64,000 bases of DNA. Origin: Gracilinanus agilis. Lineage: Eukaryota. This document shows, one piece after another, positions 11,770-24,889 of this stretch; the stretch's first letter is position 1, and each line of letters opens with the position of its first letter. Where the stretch lies: assembly GCF_016433145.1 (NCBI RefSeq), contig NC_058132.1, forward strand, positions 254,006,224 to 254,070,223, written 5' to 3'. The notes below the pieces were generated by a model. That model was not told the origin of the DNA, ran no database searches, and saw only the letters and a program-made list of their open reading frames with translations. Both the position numbers and the translations under genes were made by a program.

Positions 11770-12018
11770 ATCAGGAGAGCTGCACAGACAATAATGCTGG
11801 TTGTACTCATGAGTGCATTCAGGGGCCATTTGGGGCTCAGTGTTTGTGCCCATTTGGATACCAGCTCACCAATGACTCTAAAACCTGTGAAGACATCAAC
11901 GAATGTGAAACTCCAGGTTTTTGCAGCCAGCATTGTTTCAATGAAAGAGGATCTTCCCGATGTTGGTGTGATGAAGGGTATATATTAGAAGGCAATGGGA
12001 AGACTTGCAAAGTTGCAG
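11770..12018 (+). CDS. LRP2: LRP2 exon ~26 (249 nt), two EGF repeats (second is calcium-binding type)
   Basis: ctctag|AT CAG GAG AGC TGC...GCA G|gtgaga; [31 protein letters not shown]...[15 protein letters not shown]...CKVA. Confidence 0.97.
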
Positions 12019-12345
12019 GTGAGAATTGGTTTAAAAAAACAAACAATCTCTGATAACATATGAAGAGAGTTTAATGCCAAATGTCATCGCCAGTTAGGAC
12101 TGTCTTTATGTGTAGTCAGGCACTCAATTGTGGGAGCTCTGAGACATTCTCCTACCTGAGAAATCTTGTCCTCAAGGAGTTTATATTTCACTGAAATGGC
12201 CATGATCTTGTGCTTCTGTTTTGATTAAGAATATGCTTCTGGAACACTTTAAATGGTATTTATTATACTTAAAAAATAAAATGCATGCTATCTATTCATC
12301 CTTGTTCAGTTAACAGTTTGAAACATTTTTGAAAAAAAAGAATAA

Positions 12346-12540
12346 GGAGGTAGTTAGGTGGCTCAGTGGATTGAGAGTCAGGTCCAGAGACAGAAGGGTT
12401 CTGCGTTCAAATCTAGATTCAGATTACTTCCTAGCTATGTAACCTTGGGCAAATCATTTAACCCATAGACCTTACCATTCTTCTGCCTTGGAACCAATAT
12501 ACAGTATTGATTTCAAGATGAAAGGTAAGTTTTTTTTAAA
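12346..12540 (+). mobile_element. SINE1_Mdo-like SINE (older copies also at ~2807-2979, 39758-39935, 42165-42365)
   Basis: tRNA-like head, CORE, cttctgccttggaaccaatatacagtattga tail; probable TSD aaagaataa. Confidence 0.8.
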
Positions 12541-13047
12541 TAAAAAAGAAAGAATAAAACATATTGGTGCATTTAACTTTGTTGTGGGGGAGAATTTTGA
12601 AAAAGGGTTCTGTATTAGTATATAAAAATCCATGTGCTTATACATGGATTTAAATTTGACAGATATTTATTGAACACATACTATATTCAAGGCATAGTCC
12701 CTGAACTCAAGAAACATACATTCTAGTAGGTTTGAGGTAAGACAAAACAGAATAGAAATATCATTTCAAAGGTCTAAATAGGATTTTAGAACAAAGAAAG
12801 CTCACTTTCAGTTGGCAAATTTAGTGCCTCATATGCTGAAATGTACTTTTTTTAATGGTGAAAGATGCTTCAGAGCAACTTTAATGTCCTATTTTAAAAA
12901 AGAATGTGAGAAAAACCTTTCAGAGAAACTATTTCTGCATTTTAACTTCCTTTGGCTATTGAAAACATCTTGTAATCAAGTGTTTAAAAGAGAACTTTTT
13001 TTCTCCTATTGATTCATTGACATTTTTGCAATCTGATTCTTTCATAG

Positions 13048-13259
13048 CTTCGGGGAATCTGTTGTTACTAGTGACCAGTCGGAATCAAATCGTTGCTGAC
13101 AACATCACGTCTCAGGGGCAGAATATTTATTCCCTCATTCGTGATGGTGAGCACATCGTAGCAATTGACTTTGATTCACTCAGTGGACGTATCTTTTGGT
13201 CTGATATAAGACAGGACAAAATCTGGAGCGCTTTTCAAAATGGAACAGACCGAAAAGTA
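13048..13259 (+). CDS. LRP2: LRP2 exon ~27 (212 nt), start of propeller 3
   Basis: tcatag|CT TCG GGG AAT...AAA GTA|gtaagt; [19 protein letters not shown]...[22 protein letters not shown]. Confidence 0.96.
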
Positions 13260-14482
13260 GTAAGTGCAATTTCATTCTGTATTTTTTCTAACTTTTAATT
13301 TTGGGGGGGCATTTTAATGTTATTCTGTTTTATTAATCAGCAAGAAACAGGTCTTATTTTCTCTAGTATCACTCTGACATAGATTAGGTCAGGTCCTTGA
13401 GGTCTGAATATTTTTGCCAACAAGATTATGGCACTTTTAAGGGTTAGAGTGAAGAAGAAGATTCAATGAAGATGCTCAGTGGATAGAACACTGGATGTCT
13501 AGTCAGGAACACCTGAGGTCAAATCTGGCTTTGCATATTTACTAGCTGTGTGACCCCAGGCAAGTCACTTAACTTCTTTTTGTCTTAATCCATTGGAAAA
13601 GGAAATGGCAAACCACCCTAATATCTTTGCTAAGAAAACTTCATGGACAACATAATCCATGTAGTCAGGAAGAGTCGGACACAAATGAACAACAGCATAC
13701 ACAATTCTGCATTCCAGCTCACTTCATGTGAGAGCTTAGGAAGACTTTAAGGTCTCCTCCATAGCCTTCATTCTGGCCACATGGGCAAAAACAGAGAATA
13801 GCAAAAGACTGAGATAATTGTATCTTTATGCCCAAATGTTGCTATCTGTGGCAAAATTTACTGCAGAATCGCAGTTATCCTATCATTCCCTTCTCTTGTT
13901 ACTACTGGAAGCTAATCAACAAAGGCGTTACTTTCACTCTTTTTTTAAATTTTAGGGCTGGATTTGTGACTTCATTGATATTGGGAATTTCTGATGAGGA
14001 AACTCCCTCTGCTTATGTAGATCTGCAAATGTTCTGTAGCCTTTGAGACAAATTAAGTGACTTAGCCAGGGTCATAAAGCCAATTTGTATCAAAAGTAGA
14101 CTCGAGCTCAGGTATTCTTGATTCTGAAGCTGCCTCTCCATCCATTATATAATACTGTCTTTCTCTTTCCACAATTTATTTATTGTTCAGTGGTTTCAGT
14201 CATATCTAACTCCACCTGACCCTTTCTTGCCAAAAATATTGGAGTGGTTTGCCATTACATTCTCCAGCTCATTTTACAGATGGGGAAACTGAGACCAATA
14301 AGGTTAAATGACTTGCCTAGATTCACACAGCTAGGAGGTGTCTAAGGTCGGCTTTAAACTCAAGAAGATGAGCCTTCCTGACTTCTGACCAGGCATTCTG
14401 TCCAATGAGCCACCTAACTGCTTCTATTCCCACTGTATAATATAATGAAAACAGTGGTCAGCAACTTAAAGAAGTAGTAGCT

Positions 14483-14672
14483 GGGGGCAGCTGGGTAGCT
14501 CAGTGGATTGAGAACCAGGCTTAAAGATGGGAGGTCCTGGGTTCAAATCTGGCCTCAGACATTTCCCAGCTGTGTCACCCTGGGCAAGTCACTTGACTTA
14601 CCACTCTTTTGCCTTGGAACCAATACATAGTATTGACTTTAAGATGTAAGTTAAGGGTTAAAAAAAAAAAAA
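14483..14672 (+). mobile_element. SINE1_Mdo-like SINE
   Basis: gggggcagctgggtagctcagtggattgaga... through aagggtt + poly(A). Confidence 0.85.
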
Positions 14673-14895
14673 GAATAGCGTATGCCTAATTGCAGGGATT
14701 TAAAAAGAACTAACTTAATTCAACCTGATCTTTTATATAATAAAGTTTGACACTGTCATATCTCAGAATGTTTCATAGTAGATGTTTAATAAATATTTAT
14801 TGACTGATTTGAAAATAACTACTTTTATAAGGTTTTCTTACTTAGATACCTCCTTTTCTATAGTACCATAGATACAAATTTAAGATATATAAATC

Positions 14896-15027
14896 NNNNN
14901 NNNNNNNNNNNNNNNNNNNNNNNNNNNNNNNNNNNNNNNNNNNNNNNNNNNNNNNNNNNNNNNNNNNNNNNNNNNNNNNNNNNNNNNNNNNNNNNNNNNN
15001 NNNNNNNNNNNNNNNNNNNNNNNNNNN
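14896..15027. other. Assembly gap (132 N)
   Basis: Run of N. Confidence 1.
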
Positions 15028-15036
15028 TCTTTATAG

Positions 15037-15221
15037 GTTTTTGACAGTGGTGTCACCGTGACTGAAAGTATTGCGGTAGACTGGGTAGGTCGCAATCTTT
15101 ACTGGACAGACTATGTTCTGGAAACAATTGAAGTCTCTAAAATGGATGGGAACCACAGGACTGTGCTGATTAGTGAAAATGTAACAAACCCAAGGGGACT
15201 AGTATTAGATCCCAGAATTGA
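15037..15221 (+). CDS. LRP2: LRP2 exon ~28 (185 nt), propeller 3
   Basis: ttatag|GTT TTT GAC...ATT GA|gtaaga; [33 protein letters not shown]...LDPRI; the acceptor abuts an N gap. Confidence 0.95.
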
Positions 15222-16448
15222 GTAAGATTTTTTTTTTTGGTTTTGTTTCAAAATGATGTTATCTTAGAAATGGATATAATGTGAGGAGGGAGTGTGGGTG
15301 GGGAAGAAACAGTAACAGACATTATTAGCTTATATCTGAGTTACAGCATTTAAAATGATCTCTATTTTTTTTGTAATTTAACTTATAAATATAAATCTTT
15401 TCAAAGAAGGCTTTGGAGTCATAGGAATTGGAGACACAAAGTTGTTTTGTTGATGTTTTCTAAACTAATATGTCACCCTTAGTTATTCTTTTCATCTGAA
15501 GTTAAATAGGTTATTATCTTCTAATAAAGCAGAGTTTAAAATGATTAGTTGTATAATTTTATAATTCATTTCCTAATTAATGTTATTGCAACTCTTAAAA
15601 GAATTGATATGATACAGTTTTGGTATATTTAACTACTTTATGATACCTATTAATCAATAGCCAGCTATTCAAGTTACATAATACTCCATTTTAAGTCATA
15701 AAAGAGAGGGGGAAAATCTTCCTTTTGTGCCCCCCCCCATAAGGAAGAAGGACAAATTATCTCATCGCTGCAAAAATACCAGGAGAACTTCTCTACATGA
15801 ATTTAAGTTGTTTAGTCCTCTATGTTGGAAAGGGAATTGGACTTATCAGTAGCTAATTCCCTTGACAGGTTAAAGTATTGTCCCTACATGCTTTAGTAAT
15901 AAGTGTGATTGTTTATAAATTGATATTCCCATCTTAAACATTATAAAATGTGAACTGAAACAGATGGATTTCACAAATCTTCTAATTTTGGATTAACTGT
16001 AAATGTTTGTTAGTGTTGACACAGTGGAGAGAGCTACGGATGGGCCAGACCCGGATCCTTGCCGGAGTTCTGCTACTACCCAGCCAGAGGAACTCTGGGA
16101 CATCATTAATCTGTTTAGGTTCAACTTCTTCAATTATAAAATGTAGGGTTTGGGGTAAAAAAACCCCTACAAGATCTCCTTTAGTCTTATAAAATGAAAT
16201 GCTACAGTGGTTCTATGAACAATTAAGATGTGCTGAAAATCTCAGATGTCTCCATGTACTCCTGTGACATGAGAGTATGTAAAGGTGGCAGAAGATGACA
16301 GTTTGACTAGGGTTTTGCATTGTAAAATAAGCAAATAAAATAAACATTTGGCTGGTATTTGGAATTGAAAATTGCTAATTTTAAATATCAAGATGGCAAT
16401 AATTTTGAATATTTGACTATTTTACTACCATCTAATTTCTTTTCGCAG

Positions 16449-16677
16449 TGCACATCTGATGTTCTGGTCAGACTGGGGCAAAAATCCTCGAATTGAACGG
16501 GCCAGTATGGATGGCACTAATCGCACAGTTATAATCAAGGATAAGATCTACTGGCCCAATGGCTTGGCTATTGACTACCCTAATAAATTGCTCTACTTCA
16601 TGGATGCCTACCTTGATTATATTGACTTTTGTGATTATGATGGAAACCATCGCAGGCAGGTGATAGCCAGTGATTTG
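16449..16677 (+). CDS. LRP2: LRP2 exon ~29 (229 nt), propeller 3
   Basis: ttcgcag|T GCA CAT...GAT TTG|gtaaga; [22 protein letters not shown]...RRQVIASDL. Confidence 0.97.
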
Positions 16678-17763
16678 GTAAGATGACAGTGAAAAGTAAT
16701 ATTAAAAAGCTAATGGTCCTTAAAAGTCCAAAGTCAACTGAGAAGTAAATCTTGTTCAGTGGCTAGACACTGTTGTATTGAACAGATGAGGGACTTAGGA
16801 GACATTTTAGTGTGAGAAATAAGATGCAAAAATAAGTTTTTGTGTGTGTTTGAGGGGTTACTAAGAAAAGAGGTTCCTGTTCCTGAAATAGTTATTAGAT
16901 TGTTAATAAAGCATGATTTAAACTAATTAGTTGTAGAATTTTATAGTTAATTTCCTAATTAATAGATATTATTGTGATTTTGTATAAAAAGAACAAATGA
17001 GGTACACTTTTGGTATCTATAACTACTTTGATACCTAATAATACAGAACCAGCTTCTCCAGTTCTGTAATACTCCACTGTAAGCCTTAAAAAAAGAAAAA
17101 GTCTTATGACCAACTAATGCCTTAATACCAAATTCAACAAATATTTATTTATCAAGACTTTATTATGTGCCATAAACTGTGCTAAAATTCGGAAATATAA
17201 AGATAAAAACAAAACAGTCTCTTTCCTCAAGGATCCCACATTCTGCTGAGGGAAATGTCATGTACAGATATAGAACAGCTATTTAAATAAATAGAAAGTA
17301 ATTTCTTAGAGGAGGGAAAGGGAATGAAAATATTTTTCTCAATAAGTTTACATATTATGGAAGGATCAAATCAGAGAAGAGAAAGCAAAAATCTGGATCA
17401 AATAAATACTAAATAATTTTTTTGGGGGAAGGCCACTTAAAGAAGATGAGATTTGACTTGGATCATGAAGGGGGACCTATGGATTCTAACAGGTGGAAGT
17501 GAGGAGAGAGTATTCTGGGGATAGAATGAATAGGATAGATGAAATTAATTAATCTTTCCTATCACTTACTTGAACTGCAGATGTCACTTTCTTTTTCATC
17601 TTCTTTTTATTTCCTCAATATTTTATATTTATTTATAATTAGTCATGAAATGAAGTTTATCATTAGATCTCTTTGTCAATTAAAAAAAATTTAAATTCTG
17701 TTACAATTAGCTCCACTAGTTAAAAATCTGATGCGCTGTTTTCCATTTAAAAAGGAACTTTCA

Positions 17764-17970
17764 GAGGCAGCTGGGTGGTTCAGTGGATTAAGAACCAGGT
17801 CTAGACTAGAGATGGGAGGTCCTGGGTTCAGATTTGACCTAAGACACTTTCAAGCTATGTGATCCTGGGCAAGTCACTTGACCTTTATTGCCTACCCTTT
17901 ACTGCTCTTTTGCCTTGGAACCAATAAACAGTATTAATTCTAAGACAGAAGGTAAGGGTTTAAAAAAAAA
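17764..17970 (+). mobile_element. SINE1_Mdo-like SINE with ~15-bp TSD
   Basis: TSD aaaaaggaactttca (17749-17763) / aaaaagaaactttca (17967-17981). Confidence 0.88.
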
Positions 17971-18536
17971 AGAAACTTTCAGTGATTTGTAGTTAAGTTC
18001 TAAATCTCTGTAGTTCAGATGCCAAAAATGTACTAAAGATCTAACAACAAAAGGCTTGATGGAACTTGGGAAGACCCATCACAGAAGGCTATTCCTAAAA
18101 GGTCCCATGCCAATGAATGATGATTCTATGAGAAATAACGTAGTATAGTTGAAAGAGCATTGGCTTGGGACCTTAAAAAATCCTAACTACCCATGTAACT
18201 TCAGCAAATCACTTAAACTTTCTATGCCTAATGATACCATCTATAATATGAGAATAAGGAGATCTAATTAATTCACTTAACAATGTTGTCGTGAGGTTGC
18301 AAAGAGATGTGAGAAAGTGATTTGAAAGATGTAGGTACTACAAGGCAAAAAGGTATGATTATTTTAGGGTAACCTCAGTATCTACTTCTTTTTGTTTTGA
18401 TTAAGTGACAAATCTAAAAGTCACTAATTTATTGGAGAAGCATTGTTTTCTATCCTGGCTGCCTTGCTCTGAAATTTTGTATGGGACATTACTATCACAA
18501 TTAAGGACTCAAAGCTGGAAAATTCATGCCTTGCAG

Positions 18537-18714
18537 ATTCTGCGTCATCCTCATGCTTTGACTGTCTTTGAAGATACTGTTTATTGGACAGACCGCCATA
18601 GTCATCGAGTCATCCGTGCCAACAAGTGGAATGGGAGAAACCAAACAGTCATGATTTATAATATTCATCAGCCTCTGGGAATTGTGGCCGTGCACCCAAT
18701 TAAACAACCTAGTA
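18537..18714 (+). CDS. LRP2: LRP2 exon ~30 (178 nt), end of propeller 3
   Basis: ttgcag|ATT CTG CGT...AGT A|gtaagt; [21 protein letters not shown]...VHPIKQPS. Confidence 0.96.
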
Positions 18715-20718
18715 GTAAGTGAAGCTAGATCTTATAGAATGGATGTGGGTGGGAGGAAAGCATTTACTCTGGGAACTCTCATGAAATTGTTCTTGATTCA
18801 TTTGTTTGTTAGTAAATAAATATTTGGGCTCTAGGCTCCCCCTGTCCTCGCTGCCATCTTCCCAGTGTCTAATACTGCTATGTAACATTAAAAAGTCAAA
18901 CATCTTTTTTGGACAGAAGTAAATCTGAATTTGATTCTTTTATTCAGTTGTGAGTAACCTATGAGAAACTGGGTTATGATAGTTTCTTGGGGCAGCTAGA
19001 TGGTGCAATGGATAGAGTGCCAGACCTAGAGTCAGGAAGATCTGAGTTGAAATCCAGCCATGATACTGGGTGTGTTACCCTGGGTGAGTTCATAACTCTC
19101 TTTGCCTCAGTTTCCTCATTTATAAAATGATCTGAAGAAGGAAATGGTTAATTACTCTAGTATCTTTGCCAGAACTCCAACTGAAGTAATGAAATGTTGG
19201 ATATGACTGAAATGACTGAAAAATGACAAAATTGGTTTTTTATGGTCCTTGTTTTTGTTTTAATTTGTTAATGTGCGGCGTGTGTGTTAGAGTATAAGGC
19301 TATTATAATCATCTTAGAGGCAATGTGGCACAGTGGAAAGTGTTGGATTTGGGGTCAGAGTAATGGCATCCAAATGCCAGTCTGGTTACTTGTTACTTGT
19401 GACCTTGAGCAAGTCACTTAACCCTATTTGCCTCAGTTTTCTCATCTGTAAAATGAGGGGTTGACTAGCTGGTCTCTAAGGTCCCCTGCAGTAATATTGA
19501 ATGCTTTTATTGTTTGATGCCATGCCAGTGAGAGGTACTCTTGGAACACCATCCCATGATTCTCTTTTCTGATGGATCAGGAAGATAATTCAGTTATTCT
19601 AAAGATACATGAATACAGAATATACAACACTGTTCAACTATTCCATGTTGTAGTCATTCCCCCTGCAACTTGCTAGTACTGGCTCTATTTTAAGTGATTC
19701 CCAATTCTTAGTTATTTCCAATTCTTATCTCTACCTACCTGAGACTTTTTTGATTGATGTCTATTCTTTATAAGTACTAAACTCACTCTAGTGACATGCA
19801 TTTTACAAGAGTCATAGTATATACATTACTGATGCTCTCAAAGAACTTATAGTCAAAAAGAAAGAAGAGAAAGATGACTCATAATTATAGCATTTTGAGC
19901 TGTGAGGGGCTGCATTAACCCTTTTATCTAATTTCCTCATTTGACAGATGAGGAACTGATTGATGAATGTGGCAAATATATGATTCTAACAGTCTAATTT
20001 CATTAAAGTTTTTGAAGCTAGAATAAAAGATATCAGGATAGGAATAAATATAAACATTTAGCAAATAGAAAACATCTTTTGGTACAGGTTTACTTAGTTG
20101 TTAATCTCTTAAACTGAAGGGTAGACAAGTAAATAAATAAATGTGGATTGGCTGGCTAATCAGGCTGACCCATTGACTATTCCATTTCTGACTCTTCCTT
20201 CCTCTGTCAACTTGGACAAGTCATTGGTCTCTGTTGCCTGTTGTGAGATCTCTATCACTGGGAAAGAGGAAGATAGTCCAGGAAAAGTTAGGGACAGGCA
20301 TAACTGCTCAGATTGATTTGTGAAATGGATACTAAAACCTGTAGTTCAGTCATTTTTAGTCACATCCCATTCTCTGTGAGCCCATTTGGGATTTTCTTGG
20401 CAAAGATATTGTGTACCATTTCCTTTCCCAGCTTATTTTACAGATGAGGAAACAGAGGCAAACAGGGTTAAATGACTTGCCCAGGGTCATACAGCCAGTA
20501 CTTGAGGTCAGATTTGGATTCAAGAAGATGAGTCTTCCTGACTCTAGGCTCAGTACTCTATCAATTTTACCACATTGCTGCCTATGCTTACAAATATATA
20601 TAGGAGAACTATGCAATTCTAGTATGCTGCACATGAGAAAAATGTTTTATTTGGTACGCTGTATTTGAAAGTGGGAAACAGACTTGTTATTAATTTTTTG
20701 TGTTCTTTTTAATTGCAG

Positions 20719-20847
20719 GTACAAATTCATGTACATCTGCCCCCTGTAGCCACCTGTGCTTGCTTTCTTCTGCAGGACCAAGGTTTTATTCTTGTGCTTG
20801 TCCTTCAGGGTGGACTCTTTCTTCTGATTCCATTAATTGCTTGAGAG
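20719..20847 (+). CDS. LRP2: LRP2 exon ~31 (129 nt), EGF
   Basis: ttgcag|GT ACA AAT...AGA G|gtatgg; [43 protein letters not shown]. Confidence 0.96.
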
Positions 20848-21514
20848 GTATGGTGCTCATTCTCTCTTCAGATCATAAATATGTATAGCTTTAGAGCAGT
20901 AAGAGACATTGGTGAGCATTTAGCACAGTTCTCTCATTTTGCATACAGGGAGAATGAGACCCAAGGTGAAGTGACTTACTCAGGGTCATGTAATTTGTGG
21001 GTGGCACAACTAGTATTAGAACACAGATTTGATGCCAGTGCCTTAGTCTATCGTTGATGATGAATAAATGTCTGTTGAATTTTTGAACTGAATTTGAATT
21101 TCTGAATTGAAATTAAGAATATGCTAGTATTCTTTCTGCTACATTGTACTGTTTCATATAATCTCTATCTTAAAGATAGATAAGTCATAAACATCAATTA
21201 TACTTTATTAATTACTTATTGAGTTTCTTATTTTAAGTAAACATGCCAGGTATTATTCTAAGGGCAAGGATAAAAGTATAAATGTCATACTCCTTGCCCT
21301 CATGAAACATGTAGTCTATTGGAGGAGACACCTGCAAAATAAATACAAGATAATTTTGTTAGAAAAGCACTGGTAGTTGCGGAAGGTAATCAGGAAATGT
21401 TTTCATGTAAGAAGTAGCACTTAAGCTGAATTTTGAAGGAAACTGGGTATTAAGGAATCCTAGTGTAATCTGTAAGGAATAGTAATATAAACTGTGCAGA
21501 CATACTTCAGTATG

Positions 21515-21689
21515 TACCATACCTATCTATGTATCTATGTATGTATCTGTCTGTCTGTCTTTTTGTCTATTGGTCTCTCTTCCTGTCTGTATACTTGTCT
21601 GTCTGCCTGTCTGCCTACCTACCCACCTACCTATCTATCTGTCCATATCTCCATCTCTCCATATCTCCATCATTCATCTCTTCATCATC

Positions 21690-21766
<77 letters not shown>

Positions 21767-21800
21767 GTTTGTCTTTCTGCCAGTCTATCTAGATATCTAT
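21515..21800. repeat. Compound microsatellite (TCTA/TCTG, TCA, and (TC)~34 at 21694-21762)
   Basis: Direct reading. Confidence 0.95.
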
Positions 21801-24800
21801 TTATTTATATCTCTTTCCCTATATCCTATATATTCCTTTTCATATTGGTTATGAACAATATAGAAGTCAAAGACTTTTTCATTTTATTCTTATATTTTAT
21901 GCATCTATGTAGAAAGACATCATGACATATAGTGTGTAGAGTGACAGAGCTGGTCAAGAAGTTGTGAAGACCTCAATTTAAATCCCTCTGACACACATCA
22001 TCTTTGTGGCCTAGAAAATTTATTAAATATCAGTGTCTCAGACAGCTCTTGAAGACTGTTAATTGCAGAGCAGTTGCTGATTCATACTTGTAGATGGAGT
22101 ATCCATACCAGGAGTTGCTTTCAATGAATGGAAAGAAAAAATCCATTGGGGCTAACACAGTGCCTTACATATTTGCCATTCTGTTATATCAGTTATGTCC
22201 AACTCTTCATCACCTCATTTGAGGTTTTTTTTTTTTTAATAAAGATACTGGAATGGTTTGCCATTTCTTTCTCCAGCTCATTTTACAGGGGAGGAAATGA
22301 AGGCAAATGGGGTTGAATAACTTACCCAGGATCACACAAGAACTAAGTGTCTAAGGCTGGATTTGAACTTAGGTCTTCCTGAGTCCAGGCTAGGCACTCT
22401 ACCTACTATGCCTCCTGACTGCATTACACAATAATATATGCTTAAAATGTTCTTTGGATGAGCTTGCATTGATTTGAACTGTATTATAGGCATGATACTT
22501 ATCACATCTGGAGAGAATTCTATAGGTGTGCATGCAAATGAATAATTTCACAGCTCACATTTTCTCTCATATAGGCAGGGCACATAGGATTATGTGATTA
22601 GGCAGAAGAATAAAAGCTTTGTAAAGCCTGTAAATAAGAAGTAAAATGTAGAACTTTCATTGTATAAAACAGTGCATTTTTAGTTAAGTGGTTTTGCTTT
22701 TCCTATTGCTTCACTAATATTTCTCTTAAAGAGATGGTTAACACTCATTAGACTGGCATCCTCTGTACAAAGAGCTTTGTGTTATAGAGAATTAGAAAAT
22801 AAAGAAAAGACATCAGTGTTCCACTTGAGGAATTTACTTTGGGAAAAAGCAAGATAATGTCAAAATAGGTGCCATGTGGTTAAAACACTGCCTTTTCTTA
22901 TTCTTCTCTATTGTTTTGAAATTTAAAAAGAAAGGGTTCGCAAAACCCAGATCTCAGAACATATACTAATCGAAGTGAAATAAATGTTTTTGACCAGTGA
23001 TGAAAAATGATAGGAGACAAAGCTAAAGGATTGATCTTCAAATGGCATGTTATTTCCACAGCAATTGATTAAACGTTTCTTTTTAAAACGAATATTGGAT
23101 TCCCTAATCTAGAATTAAAATCAGTTTCCAAATGGAAAATATATCCCCGAACCAGGAAATTTAGGATACCTTCATATAATACAGATAGGACAGATTTACT
23201 GAAAGTCAGATGCTTATCAAGAAATAGTACTTTGCCGTGATATTTATTCCTTCCATGGTGAAAGATTTTAATTATTGCTAATGGTTACAAAAGGATAGAC
23301 ATTTGCCATTTTTCTTCAGAGATTTACTCTGAACCTAATCCTTGTTGACATTTCTTAATTTAGTCTGCCGGCAAAAGAGATTAAAGAGTGAGCTATGCCC
23401 ATTGGGATACAACGGATTCTTTCAGCATAGCAATATTGTTGAATTATGAGCTGGAAACTGGCATATCCAACATGACTAACAGGATGGTGATTGATGGATG
23501 CTAATTCTTCTTCTATTGTATCTTTTGTTGATTCACATATGACCTGGTGATTTTTTTTTCTATGACCTACATAAATTTTTTTGAGGTGGAAACTTTTCAG
23601 TTTTTACAAATTAGTTCCTGAGTGAGCTTACTATGTATTAACCAAAAGAAAGACTAATGCTTTTATAGAAAGGGTGTTAGGAGAAATAATTTAAATTGAT
23701 CATTTTAAACAACTTCTGGAAAAGCAATGCCTTTTTGACTGGTGACTATAATTCCAATGATGGATTATAGATTTCAAACTGTAAGGGATCCGAGAGGCTA
23801 CCTAGATCAACCTATATTCCAGGAGAAAGGTTAAATAACTTGCCCAAGGTTACACTGGAAACAAGTAGATAAAAGAGCAGAGCTAGGATTTGAATCTGAA
23901 TCTGCTGACTATAAATTCAATATTCTTTCCATCATATGATAATGCTTCCAACATGAAGGACGTCCACCTGAGACACTGTAAATGTCATTCTTTGATTCTA
24001 ATTTAATTTTCTATCACTCTTGCTTTTAGTACCTCAATCTATCATCATTGACATTAATAGGAAACATGACAATACACATAAAAATAAATAATATTTTCAG
24101 TCTAGAAAGCCTCTAGAACACTGAGCTAGAATGCACCGTGATGATCTCAGGTCACTCCTAACTTTTTTCCCCTCTAGTTTAGTTCTTGTTCTGTCTATAA
24201 GCAGTTTATATCTGTGAATGCCCAACTTCTTTCTTTTGCAAATGATACTCCCTTTGCTTTCACTGTTCCACCTACCTCTTGAATTACTGCCACCTTCCAG
24301 TGTTCCCCTCTTCTTAAATGGCCTCCTAGCTTTCAGATCTTTTGTCAATTATAATAATGAATGAGGCCACACTTTGTGCTTTATAAATGTTCACTGTGGG
24401 ACATCAATAGTTCATCATGGTGGGACATCAATGATTTAGACTGAAGTTGGACCATAGTACCAAGAAACAAGCAAAACATGGCTAACAAAAGAGAATACAA
24501 GTATATTTTAAGAAGGAAAATTGCAGGCAGTGGAATTAGGGAGAAGGAAAAGTGTTTTCTTCCACCTGGCTTAGTCTTATCCTGCTATGAGTGACAACTA
24601 CAGACAAAGGAGAGTTGCATTTAGGGATTGGGTCTGAAAAGACTTTTTAAAAAGTCTTGTGTGAAATACTTCTTGCTTTTAGTAACTAATAGACATTTGT
24701 AAAGTACAAGATAACAAATATTTGTTTATTTAATCTGAAGGCTTTTACCTGTTCTAAATTCAAAAGGCAGTGTGGTATAATGGATAAAGAATTGACTTTG

Positions 24801-24889
24801 ATAGCAGGAGGACCTGAGATATGAGGTACTTCCTCTGTATACATTAGCTGAATTATCCTAGATGAGTCTCAGTCTCTCAGTGTTCTAGG

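Noticed and set aside
14483-14560. tRNA-like A/B boxes in SINE heads
   Set aside because: tRNA-derived SINE heads continuing into CORE and tail; not tRNA genes.
18405-18536. In-frame upstream extension of the exon-30 ORF
   Set aside because: Intronic sequence that happens to lack stops; homology starts at the ttgcag acceptor (18537).
21494-21925. Three ORFs of 87-143 aa
   Set aside because: Stop-free reading through microsatellite DNA.
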